Shown: piece by piece, positions 48,919 to 63,816 of the stretch
How positions within the stretch are numbered: the first letter of the stretch is position 1
How the letters are laid out: the number at the start of each line of letters is the position of its first letter
Source: Eremomyces bilateralis CBS 781.70
Lineage: Eukaryota
NCBI GenBank assembly: GCA_010015585.1
Contig: ML975153.1
DNA: 64,000 bases
Strand: one strand, 5' to 3'
Made by a program: the position numbers and the translations under genes
The notes under the pieces: generated by a model
What the model saw: only the letters and a program-made list of their open reading frames with translations
Database searches by the model: none
What the model was told of the DNA's origin: nothing

Positions 48919-51285
48919 TGTGTTTCATTAGAGTCGACAACCAAACGCCGAGTCTACTTCTATATCTCGCCGCAGACGAAGTGAAGACTCGATACCAAGA
49001 AGGAATAGCGATATAAGACGACTTTGAGGAAACCAGACTTGAAGACTAACAGTCTACCTCAATATAAAGACCGACGGCATCAGAATTCAAAATTTGGCGT
49101 ATGACAGATGTAGACGAAGAACAGAAGAAGACTCAGTCCAGTTGAAGGGTAGAGGTATCGAGTAAGCATTAGTTGCATTCGTAAGTACTAGAGTCCTCAG
49201 TCATGGTACTGGCGGAGTCCGCCCGCAATCGGCTTCCATTTGCGAGTCGAGGTTAGCCAGTCCCCGCCTCAACCGGGCCAATGAGAGCGGGGAAATAACA
49301 CTGGATATGTGGGAGGAGTGAGCTGCATCGGTTCTTTAGGTTAGTTTTCTAGTTGATGGGGGGGATGGAATCCATCCAGTATGGTTGGGACGAAACTATT
49401 CCGCCGCTACGAGTGGAACTGCAGCCATGTCGTTTGCCGAACCCCCGAACGGTACGGGACGGGAAAGCCAACAGGAGCCTGATGGCTGAGCGGGGTTGGG
49501 GTTCTGTTTTTACTGCGGCAGCCGGGATTTGGTGACATTGGGCGGGTTGATGCAATAATAGCACGTGACTCCATCACACGGCCAGGCCGCCAGACAACCA
49601 TAGACCTGAACCTCTGATTTCAGTGTGGTTTTTTGCAATACATTTACGCATCATATTTTTGGGGAGAGGGTGTAGGTATGTCTTAGTAAGAAACTTAGTG
49701 TTGCATCAAATGGCTTTTCAGCTAGTCATATTGGCTTGTTACCTATATCATTTAGTACTAAACTGCTAGAGTATTTTATTATCCAATCATATTAGTCCAA
49801 CCACGATTTCACCTTTCTCCCCTCAGGCACAGTGAATTGAATAATCAGAGAATCAGTGCTCCACAAGAGTCAGTTGCTTCCAGACGGTTATGTTTCTATT
49901 CGATCCTGCCCTCCTATTCTACATACGGATATTTTAAATGCGTCCCAATGATCGTTGCCGCTGATATTTGCCACTGATTTTCCTGCTCGAAAAAGCATCG
50001 ATGCCGTAATAATATAGAACAGACCATCGGAGAATAGCATGCATAGGTAGAATCAGAAGAACAGGGTCTTATATTCACTACAGTAACTTCCTAGCTATTT
50101 AGCTGACCGAGAAGTGTTGGAGACAGCCCATGGACCTTCTCGACTGTCGCCTCTGACACCCGATCCGATTGATCAAAGTAGGCGGACAACTGACCTCCGT
50201 CCAAATAACGATGGGGTTCTCGACTTTCTAGATCTAGCCAAATCTCCTAAGAAAACCCGATGGCCCAATAGCTTGCAGATTGTTGCTGTAGGTTGACTCA
50301 TCCCCATACTAGGCACTAAGTTCGGCTCCTGGCAGCTCCGTTGCAGAATGTTCTGTAAAGAATCCTACTCCTCCCCCAGGGACCACAAGTCATAGTGGTT
50401 TTCACTGAGGTACCCTCCTGTGTTCATCACCTAAACGACCAACCTCATCCTGAAGACCAGGTCTAATGAGACCGTTGGCCCTTTGGGCATAAGAATTGCT
50501 GTGTATAGACGTTACAGGGATTGTTTCAACCATAGCAGGCGAAACATCAGTCTCGTTCCCCCTTTTCAGGCGGTTTGGTCGTAGCGAAACCGTAAGAAAG
50601 CCTGCAATTCATCATAAAGGAACTCCGATCAGGTATATGCGGAGCCTCCACAGCAGGCAGACTGAATATTCGCATCTTGTGCAGGTATAACTGGCGCAGA
50701 CATGAAATCCTTTCCACCCTCCACGCAGAAGAATTTAAAGTAGCTCCAGAATCTAGTGGTACTTCCTAGGGCTGCCTGAGTTGCGTGATGGACAATTCCG
50801 AGTGGTTGAGGAGACTTTTACCAGTAAAACAGTCAAAGCAGTCAAAACAGTGTGCGTCAAGAAAACGAAATTGGAGGTCGAAATAGTCCACATTGTTCAG
50901 ACTTAGAGATCATCCGAAGCTCTTCTTTAAATTGACAAAGCTTTCAAATCTATGACTGGGAAGTGGATTGCATTGAGTAAAGGCCGGATGAGATGACCGA
51001 AGGACTAGAATTGCACGCCACTGAAACCTGAAGCGACAGAAAGCTAAGAAACTACATCATTTGTTAGCCTCAAGAGCTACAACTATGTGACAATGACACA
51101 ATGTAAAGAGATGTATACAAGTTTTGAAAATGGAGAATTGGCAAGTTAACATGAGTGAACAAGACAGAACAGACGCCTAGGAGAGATCACGTGCTGTGGT
51201 GATCCAGGATGCATCGATTGAATGACCGCATCAAATCAATTATTTTGTATTTCTAATTCCACTGATATTCCACCATAACGTCGCC

Positions 51286-51884
51286 ATGTCTGCTATATCA
51301 ATATTCTCATCCGTATGCACTATTCCTTTTGCAGCACTGAACCTACAGAAAGTAACCATGCATCACAGGCCCTGCGGCAAACCGCCCGCCCAACCCGTCT
51401 CCTCACATCCCAACTCTCCCGACCGACATGGACTCCTTCCTTTTCCCGCCTCGCACCCCTTCAGGCCCGCCTCCTCTCCGACTCCACGAAACAAGCCATC
51501 AACCAAGCTGTGGCGACCTCGCCGGTCGTCTTGTTCATGAAAGGGACGCCGGAAGCCCCGCAATGCGGCTACTCGCGCGCCTCGATCCAGATCCTGGGCC
51601 TCCAGGGCGTGGACCCTGCGAAGTTTACGGCGTTCAACGTCTTGGAGGACGAAGAGCTGCGGCAAGGTACGGAAGGAGTGCGCCATGCGTTTGGTCCGAT
51701 GGAGTGCTAACGGTGCTTAGGTATCAAGGAGTACACGAACTGGCCGACGATCCCGCAGCTTTATTTGGAGAAGGAATTCGTGGGCGGTGCTGATATCGTC
51801 ATGTCCATGCATCAGGACGGATCATTGGCGCAGCTTCTGGAGGAGAAGAAAGTCCTCGTCCCTGCAGAAGAGGAGAGCAAGTAG
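51286..51884 (+). CDS. GRX5: Mitochondrial monothiol glutaredoxin
   Basis: Presequence, [35 protein letters not shown] and EFVGGADI. Introns 51313-51368 and 51667-51720. Confidence 0.95.
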
Positions 51885-52503
51885 CCTGGTCTCCGTATGG
51901 GCCGTACGCCCAGTGGAGTCGATGGTTCTACTTCTGTACAACATGTGTTGTATACGACGGATCTGTATGCTACGCGGGCTTCAATTTCTCAAACAGGCCA
52001 CCATCCAATCTGCCGAATGACATCTTAGGAATATATTCTTCTAAATGGATTGGAACGATGGGTTCAACACGCAGTGGCATAACTTCGGTTCATAAGGCTC
52101 AAGTCAGGTCTGGGGATATCAGATCGAGAAAGAACGATTCGAAGTCCTAATAGAAGCACGTAATCCTGAACAATAGTTGTCCCCAATGTGCTACAGTCTA
52201 CCAACATTCGCGTATCGCTTGCCTTTTGCACCAATGAAAACCATTGCTCGCCAAACCAGGTCAAAGTGCGTCGTCTTCACTGTGCCGCGACAGAACCGCG
52301 GCGAAGAATACTGATGCATTCGTTCACACCGTCAATTAAGAATCCGAACCCACACGATCTCACCACGACACCGTCGCAATGAGGGGACGACAGCAGCGGG
52401 TACTCATAGCGCAATTCATCGGAACCTTTCCGAGATTCCGCAAGGAGAACTGACTCATAGGACACTTCCAAACTACCAAGGAGCCTTTCTGTTCACGTCC
52501 ACT

Positions 52504-55391
<2,888 letters not shown>

Positions 55392-57266
55392 GACGACCGT
55401 TGGGTCGGATGGAATCCGAGTCGATTAGCGGAGGTCCAGATGAAGATAGCGATGAGGAGAGATTCCCACAATCTCGGAGGACCCCGGCAACGATATGTGG
55501 AAGGAAAGCCTCAAGATGCGAGAGGCCGATGATGGAAGGAGAAAGTGCAACTCAGCACGACCACGTTCCCGTTCTGGTATTCCAGTGTGAGGGTGTCGTT
55601 GGAGGTGGAGCGAGCTGTGGAGGACGCACGAGGCCAAGGGTCGATCGGAGCGACTGAAGGAGAGAACAAGCCGCCAGTCAGCCAGGGAACTCAGTTGGGA
55701 CTTGGGACTTGGGGCTTGGCTTGAGAATGAGGTAGGTAAGTTGGCTAGTGCGCGTCGTGAGGAAGTGCTAACTGTGCTAAGGAACAAGCGCCTAGTGGCG
55801 ACGTGGGTGAGTTTGACGGTGCAAAGTGGGCTGTGCAGCTGCCCGTCCAGGTGCTATTGATGTATTCGGGGCTGTATGTCGTATTATAGGTTCGTGGAAG
55901 GCCGTGACGAATTAATTAAGGCAGTGCCTGATATGGTCAGGTCGGTAGGGGACGACTCCTGACGAGGATTCGAACTTTTCCTCGAGTTTGCAGATGACGC
56001 TTTGGTGAGAGAGAAAAGGATGGAAAGTTGGTACTGTTCAGGTCCAGTTCCAGTTCGGCGGTTCAGAGGATCGGTGTAAGACTTCAAGTTCCCCGTCCCT
56101 CACACTCTCTACTTCTAAGAACCACCGAAACTGGGACTCGAGATGTCCTAATCGCAGGAGACATCAGTTGTCGCATGTCACTTGGATTTTGTGGTAGAAG
56201 TTATCCAATGGGAAAATGAAGAAGGTTATCAGAACAGAATCAGATATTGGTGGAAAAAGAGTTTATTTACTTGGGCAAGTACTTATCTCTACTCCGTACC
56301 TACTTATGTCCCAGACTCCCAGTTAACTTAAATACAGTAGCACTTACTAAGATACGAAGATCAATAGCAGTGTGCCTAACGACCAGACCAATGAAAGCCG
56401 AGTTTTGCTTCTCGAGTATCCAGGCGCCTCTAATAATCCAGCTGCTGGATGGCGAGATGTAAGCAGTAAGCAGGCACTTTGATCGACCGTAGACCTCCAT
56501 TTGTGGACGATGAAATTTCCACGTCCACAGAACAACTATTTTTAATAAATCCATTGAAGTGAGAACCGAGAGGTGAGAAGTGAATTGGAGACCATCCGAT
56601 GCCGGATTTCTCGTGGTGAGAGATCCATGCCATTCTTGTCTGTTGGGACTTCTGGAAACCGCTGGAAAGGGACTGTTCCGAACGCAGTACGTACGTATCG
56701 TTTTCGTATCCGGCCGCGAGTTAATGGATGCCCTACAGAGTAACGTTGAGTGCTACAGAAAAGACCTCCAAAAACGGAGGTTTCTGACGCCGTTTTCTGC
56801 GGTTTTTCCACCTAGGTGAAACGCCCTCGTTTCGTTACCAGCATTGCCCAAAACTCCCTGGCATTGTGCCAAGCCCTGCACACGCTCACCAAAGTCGGAT
56901 CCCTACTTTGGTCCATCCAACCAGCCCAAACTTGGTGGGGGGCCGATTTTGGACTTCCTGTTTTCAGTTTTTTGACCTTCGCAACTTCAATGCCTCCATG
57001 CTAATTTCGGAAGCATGGTTGGTGTCAAGCGATATGGCTCCGCTGCAGAGCCTTCCTCTGCTTTCGTATATAATAACAACCAATGTCCAGGCCCGTCGCT
57101 TGATGGATCGTTCCGTCGTGCCCGCTTGTCTTCTCTTCTCTTCCATACTTGGGCCGTCGCTCTTTCACTCCTCCAGACGCATCTCCGTTAACCGGCTGCC
57201 TTTGGCTGAATTGCACTTCGCTCTCTTAGGCGACCGCTCTCTACATCGAACTCCGAGACCATCGTA

Positions 57267-59591
57267 ATGGGAAGAGGAAACAAGTCGCGCCCCCGCGGCA
57301 AAAAAGATACGCCATGAGACTCTGCGTACTATGAATCGCTCTATGCCGACGATCTAACCCCAGCATTGCGCCCTATCACAGCCGCAACCGAGAGAGGAGT
57401 TGACTATGTGTGGAAGAAGTGGACAAAGTGTGTATTCGCTAGGATTTCCCAAGTCTATCCATGACTGGCTGTCTATCCCTCTTTGATCAGATACTGTTCG
57501 CTCCGAGTCCTTAACCCGGATGCTCTTGACCGCCTGCGAAACATGAGCGTAGCCGAGATCCGGCGATTCATGCACTGGTATCTGGAAAATCATGCTATGA
57601 CGAAGCTGAATTCCTTCTATGTGCTGATGCGTTACTGGCGGATGATGTACGCTCGGAAGATATACCAAAGCCTAGACCTTGTCATCGCTTCGGATATGAA
57701 AGACGTAAGGCTGTGGTTCCGTCTAGAGACCGTCTCTAACAGCATCGCTAAGGTATGGTTAGTTCATCGGCACCGTCCTTAAAAAGCGAGTACAGTTTGA
57801 GTGAGGGGATGAAAGAGAAGCCTGTCATGAACGTAGACGATGGGTACCTGCTCCTATACCACCATTACGCGCTATCGAACGAATACTACGCACACGAGCG
57901 GGAGCGAGTTCAGCACAGTTTGATTATTCTCTTCATGATAGGCACCTCTGCAAGGCCGTCGACGCTCGTCGAAGGGGGCGGCTACTACAACACAAACGAA
58001 TGCCTTAAGTACAACGATATTGAGATATTCAAGGTTAGAGATCCAAACCTCCCCTCTCAACAAGTCTTTCTTATGAGAGTCCGGCTTCGGCTTCTCAAGG
58101 GCAAAAGAGACAAGGGCCTGCCGTAAGTATTCCATATCCTCTTGAGTTCACGTCGGCTAAGGTCATTAAGGATCAAGGTGGTGTTTTGTGAGCGAGACGA
58201 TAATCTTGCTTTTTGCGCCATTCTGCAAGTTTTCGGGCTCGCCTTCGCAGATGACGCCTTCGACAGTGACTGGATCAAGCAGCCAAAGGACTTGTATACA
58301 TTTTCGGTCCCACCTCACCTGCAAAGTGTGCAGCTACATTGGAAAGAGTCAATGCAGGACATTCCGATTTTCCGGCGATCTGTTTTTCGCGGCGGGCAGG
58401 CGACCATATCACCGAATAGATCGGTTCAGTACATGAATCTCTATTACCAGAACGCGCGACTAGGTAAATCTGCTGGTTTTGCAGATCCTCTCGGGCTATA
58501 CAGCTATCGTAGAGGCGCTGGTGAAGCGATTGATTGTAAGGGCACACTCTTACTCCTACGCTGGCAATCTTCTTACATCTGCGTGCTTCATAACGTTTTT
58601 GAGGCCTTCCTCGCTAACATCATTTCTAGGCGTAGCTGGTTCAGATATGCGGAGCTTTATGATGGGCCATGCTCGTGCAAGTCTCTTTGAGCGCTATTAT
58701 CGTAATAGCGTTGTCCAGCTCGATTCGGTATCCACGTTCCTCGAAGTGCCTTCCAGCGACGCGCTGATCAAACTGGCTGGGCATATGAGCTTGACCCGGG
58801 ATCTCTCTGCGGCCGATTCCATCAACGTCGAGGATTCTGCGGTTGACAGCGACCCTAGTATCCAAGAAATCGAAAAGACGTGCCTCCGGTTTCGGAAAGA
58901 CCTCATTGAAACTTTTGGGAAGATCAAGAACGGAACGGGCACGGAGCTCTACGATACGTACCGGCGCGAGCGAAGCCATTTACGCAGCGAGAGGATTAAG
59001 GTAAAACGGGCGCTCGAGGAAGAAGCCCGGCAACAGTATTTCCGGACCGCCGGGACTAGGTATATCGATGAACAGCGACGCGGCATCGCTCGTGAATATG
59101 TCGAACCGAAACCTATATTCCAATTCGAGGAACAGGAGAGGCTGGCAGCGCTCCTCTTCCAGAATCGAGATGTTCGGCAAGTATCTGAGGAAGAGATTTA
59201 CGGGGTAGCGCATTGCAGCGATGGATAACCTAATCAGCTTATGCGGTCGGCATTTGCCCCGCCATGCGCCCCGTCGTCATCTCTCGTTGCGAGATAAATC
59301 TGTGGAAGAATACCGGAGGAGGATGAGAAAGATTTTGACCCCGACCTCTTCCCTTTGGTGTGTCTGGGCACCCAATGCCTGTTCTGTCTCGGCAATCAGA
59401 GCCTAGGGCCACAGTCTAGAACCTTCGCATTTGCTCGAAAGGATGCTCTAAAGGATCACGTTGAGAAGCATTTACGCCACCACGACTGGTCGAAAGAGCC
59501 GGAATGCCCTCACCCGCTCTGCGAAGAGGCTTTGAGCACTGATATGCACTTCAAGAACCATACGGCATGGGTTCACAACATTTTCTTGTAG
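57267..59591 (+). pseudogene. DUF3435 tyrosine recombinase (Starship captain), disrupted
   Basis: KPVMNVDD…HERERVQ…GTSARPSTLV…CLKYNDI…LLKGKR…LAFADDAF…IPIFRR…LGKSAGF…YSYRRGAG…MMGH…FERYY, with a C-terminal QCLFCLG…HVEKH…CPHPLC…FKNHTAWVH zinc-finger tail. Introns 57428-57490, 57705-57762, 58123-58170 and 58536-58629. In-frame TGA at 57315 and frameshifts near 57781, 59205 and 59310. Confidence 0.85.
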
Positions 59592-60035
59592 CGAAACTGC
59601 CAATGAAAACACTGTTCGGAAAGTCCTTGACTGCCAAGACACATCTGGAGCTTTGTTTCAACCTCCAGATGTGTCTTGGCATCACTCCAGTCTCTTGTCG
59701 CTCCACCTTTCCGTATCATTCCAGACTCCATGTTCCTACTTGCGTTGTCTCATGGGTGTACTGATTTGTATCACACCGATCTCCGAAAATGAGCTCAGAC
59801 GCAGGCAACCTGAGCTTCAGAAAGATATGCATGAACGAGAAATGTCCAATTATGTTGGTGTCATGTACGGTTACGCCACTTGATACTCTGTTCTGTTGAG
59901 AGAGCGTCGGTGTGAGATACTCGAGCGACTGTGGAGCGGGAGTGCTTTCCTCGCGGATACATCAACCGCCGACATCCAATACTGGTGTCTGAACATCCTG
60001 GCGCTTGCAATTGCACATCCACCATCCTAACCATC

Positions 60036-60941
60036 ATGAAAGCGAGAATCATTCTTCTGGGCCTGCGTTTTGCAGCCTCAACTCTAGGAGCCTCGGCTCC
60101 CAAGGACGCTCCGGAAATCCTTCTTGCAGGACCACGACCTCCAGAGACCCCAAATCTTACTCCTCCGACAGGTGCTTCTTCGTTTTCGAAGCCGTACTGC
60201 ATCTCCCAACCGCCCCAAGGTAGCTGCTATACCGCCAAAGTCTGCAACCAAGGGCCCGTAGATCTTAAACCGTGCGATAAATACACCGTCACTTATGACA
60301 AGCATGGAAATCCTCTGGAGGAGGAATTTACAATGAGTCCGAACCGTCCAAGATGTGGGAAACAAGCGAATGGTATCACCTGCGACCCGTAAGTTTGGCA
60401 CTGCGTCTGATATTGAGAGGTTCTAACGCAGAAAGCCATAATGGATGGGTAGTTGTTGTTCAGAGGATGGGTATTGTGGGAGCGACGAGTATATCTGCAG
60501 TATCAAGAAGAAATGTCCTGCTTGTCCCACTGAAGGTGGTTGTCAGTCAGGGGGTAACTACAATTTCACGCATCACCAGCTTTTTAGAGGCATAAATCAG
60601 ATATCTAACTGTGAACCAGACTACTACCCACGGCCTCCGGAGACTTCTGAAAATAAATGCGGCCCACAGTTCGGTGGAAAGCTGTGTGATGTCCGTTTCA
60701 ATACAGGACCATGCTGCTCAAAGGAAGGGTAAACCCGACCACCCCTTGAGGCAGAATTCCGCTGACCAGTGAATAGTGAATGCGGCTAAACGGCAATAGA
60801 TATTGTGGGTCTTCTTCACAGCATTGCGGTACAGGGTGTCAGAACGGGTTAGTCAACTCGCAAGACACAGAAGACGACAGATATTGATTTGCACAAGACT
60901 TTGTACCGCCTAGGAGGAATGCTGAGGGTTGTCCAGCATGA
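60036..60941 (+). pseudogene. Secreted Cys-rich protein with two hevein/CBM18-like chitin-binding modules and an in-frame stop
   Basis: Signal-like MKARIILLGLRFAASTLGA. Modules CGKQANGITC…GSCCSEDGYCGSDEYIC…GCQ and CGPQFGGKLC…GPCCSKEG|YCGSSSQHCGTGCQ. Introns 60389-60431, 60729-60799 and 60848-60913. TAA at 60439-60441 is in frame after splicing. Confidence 0.75.
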
Positions 60942-62514
60942 GCGGATCTGCGGGAGCCTGCATATTAGATGATAGATCCATTGAGAAGCGCGGACGCGGA
61001 CGGACCACACTTTCAGAATACCGAATCTCTGATTCCAAATTCAGGAACCGGTTTGGGCAGATTCCTGGAACAATGGTTGGCATCATGTTCTAGTTCGAGA
61101 CCAAGACCGATGCCAGGGGCATTAACGAGGAAGCACATGGTGCGGGAAGTCGCTAGGCGACAGGATTGCTCAATGACATGACGTCAATCTAGGGGACCAT
61201 TAATATGCAAGAAAGTCGTCATTGCTACTGCCATCCCCCCCGGTCCATCCATCAGAATTCTGGAAGCGATGCCACGACTTGGGTTTTGCCCAAACCACAG
61301 GAACATTCTGCCTCATTTCAAATCGATTATCAGACTGGTCCACGGTTTTAGGAGAGAAGCAAGTCCATTTCTGAGCATGTTTGTCAATTTTGCAGGTGCT
61401 CCATGACTTCTCGAACCTATTCAAATTCCTCCCGGAGTCAAAGCACACGGCTCCGACGATAGCTTCATCTTTCGCGGTCGAGGCTATGAGGACTGCTTCG
61501 AGAATTTCTCAGCAGCACAATTGCTTGTGCATCGTGCTAAACTTTTGACTGGTTACAGAATCATATCAGCTTTTATTCCGAAGTGCGCGGACCGGTTGAC
61601 GCTTACATGTGTCGACACAGCTGGCATCTCCGCTCCCGTTGCGGACACAATTAACGTACTCTCGTTTCGTCGAAGCACACTGTTCCGAATTGGCGCAGTT
61701 TTTTAAACCGTCAGTGCTGTTGTCGGGACTTGGGGCGCAAGGTGCTCGTACCATATTCAAGACGACTTTTCAAACCCAGAGGATCCGACACTCCACCATC
61801 TGCGCCAGGAACTGCACCGCCCCTGTTCTCACTTGCGTTTCGATTCCCTCTAGGGCTACGGATCGCATCCTTCTGAGGTTTGGCATCCTTTCTGTTGACG
61901 CTTTTTTCCTCGTCGCTTTCCTGGGGCGAATGCGCGGGCGTACTCGTCGAGGCTCCTCCACGGAGTCCTATGCGTCTTGGATCGTTGGGCAGCATTTCGT
62001 TGTTTAGGCTCTAAACAGGCGTGCAGCAGTATGGAAGAGAGATGATTGTAACGCGAAGGATCGGGTGGTTTCTTATGGACCATTGGAACGGAGAGGCTCG
62101 GGTAGTTAAGGCTTTCAGAGTTTGCATTATATGACATCTTAATGATATATCCCTGATTTCCGGGTTTTTCGGCATCTATCATGAATAGAAAGGGAAGAAG
62201 TTTGATCATGTGCTACTGAGCGAACGAAATTGGCGTTGACATCCAGCTTTCATGCGGTCCCTGGAAATATACCAATGGTTTTACATGGAATACTGAATGA
62301 GATTTGAATTTGTTCGCATGATGTTTTATGGTAACGGCGCGCAAATTCTGCCTGAACAGAAACGAGAGCGCCGACGATGCATGACGTCACAGATAGACAA
62401 TCTGCTGACAGAGAGGCAAAGTCACTTCAGAGTTCAGAAGCACGAAGGTCTACCAAACCATTCCAATTCAGTCTATAGAAGGATTACTGCGGACTTCGTG
62501 TTCCTGTACTAAGG

Positions 62515-63816
62515 CAACTAAGCCAAAAGTCTGCGCACAGACCCCATTCTCACCTGAATATCTCTACACCCACCCCTTACTTTGACAATCAATAACTTTA
62601 CCAAAATGAGGTCTTTTGGCACAAAAATAAGTGGTAATCGAGGGCCTAATAAGGAGTTATCGGCCGCTTAAAGAGTTGGATTGTTCAGGCTGCTGAAGAT
62701 GGGAAACCAAAGACTGAAATCGCGCGGAACTTTCGCGTCTCTAGAAGCGCGGTGCATGGGACTCTAGAGAGGTGGGAAGAACATCAAACCACTGTATCTT
62801 TACCCCGTGAAGGGTGTCCCCATAAGCTATCACGCCCTGACGAACGGCATATCGTTCAAATCGCGCGTCGATTTCCTAAAATGGAGTATGGAGAGCTCCT
62901 CGCAGGTATTTTGTACCTCCGCATTTCTAGGAAGACTATCTACCGAACCCTTAAGAAATATCACCTTACGAAATGGCGAGCGAAGAAGAGGCCTTACCTG
63001 AAGCCCCACCACGCAAAAGACCGCCTCCAATTTGCCCACGAATTCCTTGAATTCGACTTCTCCCCGACCCACTCCATGGACGAGTGCTCGTATGAGAAGG
63101 GGGCGGGCGGTAAGCAGGTATGGGTATGGCGACTGTACCACGAGGCATATGATCCGCAAATGGTAGAGCCTAAGACCTCTGGCAAGGCCATTTCACAGAT
63201 GATATGGGGCTCAATCTCGCGTGATGGGAGGTCAGGCCTGGTGATCATGGACCGCGACGAAACCTCCGCAAGACAGGGCTATTCCGCGAAATCCTACATC
63301 GCTACGTTAGAGGAGGGACTTCTCCCTACGTACGAACCCGGGGATATTGTTATCCAGGATAACGCAAGGATCCATACGGCTAAAATCACCCAAGAATGGC
63401 TGGAGACGCACGGCATTTGGGTCATCGATTGGCCGGCCAATTCCCCAGACATCAACCCCATCGAGCATATATGGCATCTGTTGAAATCAAAGGTCCTAGA
63501 GCTGCACCCCGAATTGAAGACGATGGGCGCCTCGGAGGAGGCACGGGAGGCCATGAATGCGGCGTTAAAGGAGGCGTGGTGGGCGATCCCTCAGGAGACG
63601 ACCCGAGAGCTGATCGACTCAATTCCGCGACGTCTACGGGCGGTAATCAAGGGAAAAGGGTGGCATATGAAATATTAGATATTTCCCAATTAAGAAATCA
63701 AAAAAGTAGACTGAATTTGCATTTGTATGTGTTTTGCAGCGTATCTCAAGATACGGTGTATAGCGATTAGATTTGGTGATTTTCGGGGGTGTGTGCAGAC
63801 ATTTGTCTACTTAGTG
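62515..63816 (+). mobile_element. Tc1/mariner-superfamily DNA transposon, about 1.3 kb, with imperfect terminal inverted repeats
   Basis: Left ACTAAG-CCAAAAGTCTGCGCACAGACCCC versus reverse complement of the right end CACTAAGTAGACAAATGTCTGCACACACCCCC. TA follows the right end (63817-63818). The left terminus is degenerate. Confidence 0.8.
62606..63678 (+). pseudogene. Tc1-type DD34E transposase with 5' nonsense and frameshift lesions
   Basis: HTH TEIARNFRVSRSAV, then MDEC…IWGSIS…IQDNARIH…WPANSPDINPIEHIW, with 34 residues between the second D and the E. The ATG at 62606 is followed by TAA at 62669 and a frameshift near 62680. Confidence 0.9.

Noticed and set aside
55950..55990. Minus-strand GTTCGAATCC resembling a tRNA T-loop/B-box near the putative Starship edge
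   Set aside because: I could not fold an acceptor stem, D arm or anticodon arm from the flanking sequence. At most it is an isolated B-box-like motif.
55800..57200. 5S rRNA gene or fragment as the Starship target site
   Set aside because: No recognisable 5S rRNA sequence was seen by eye on either strand.
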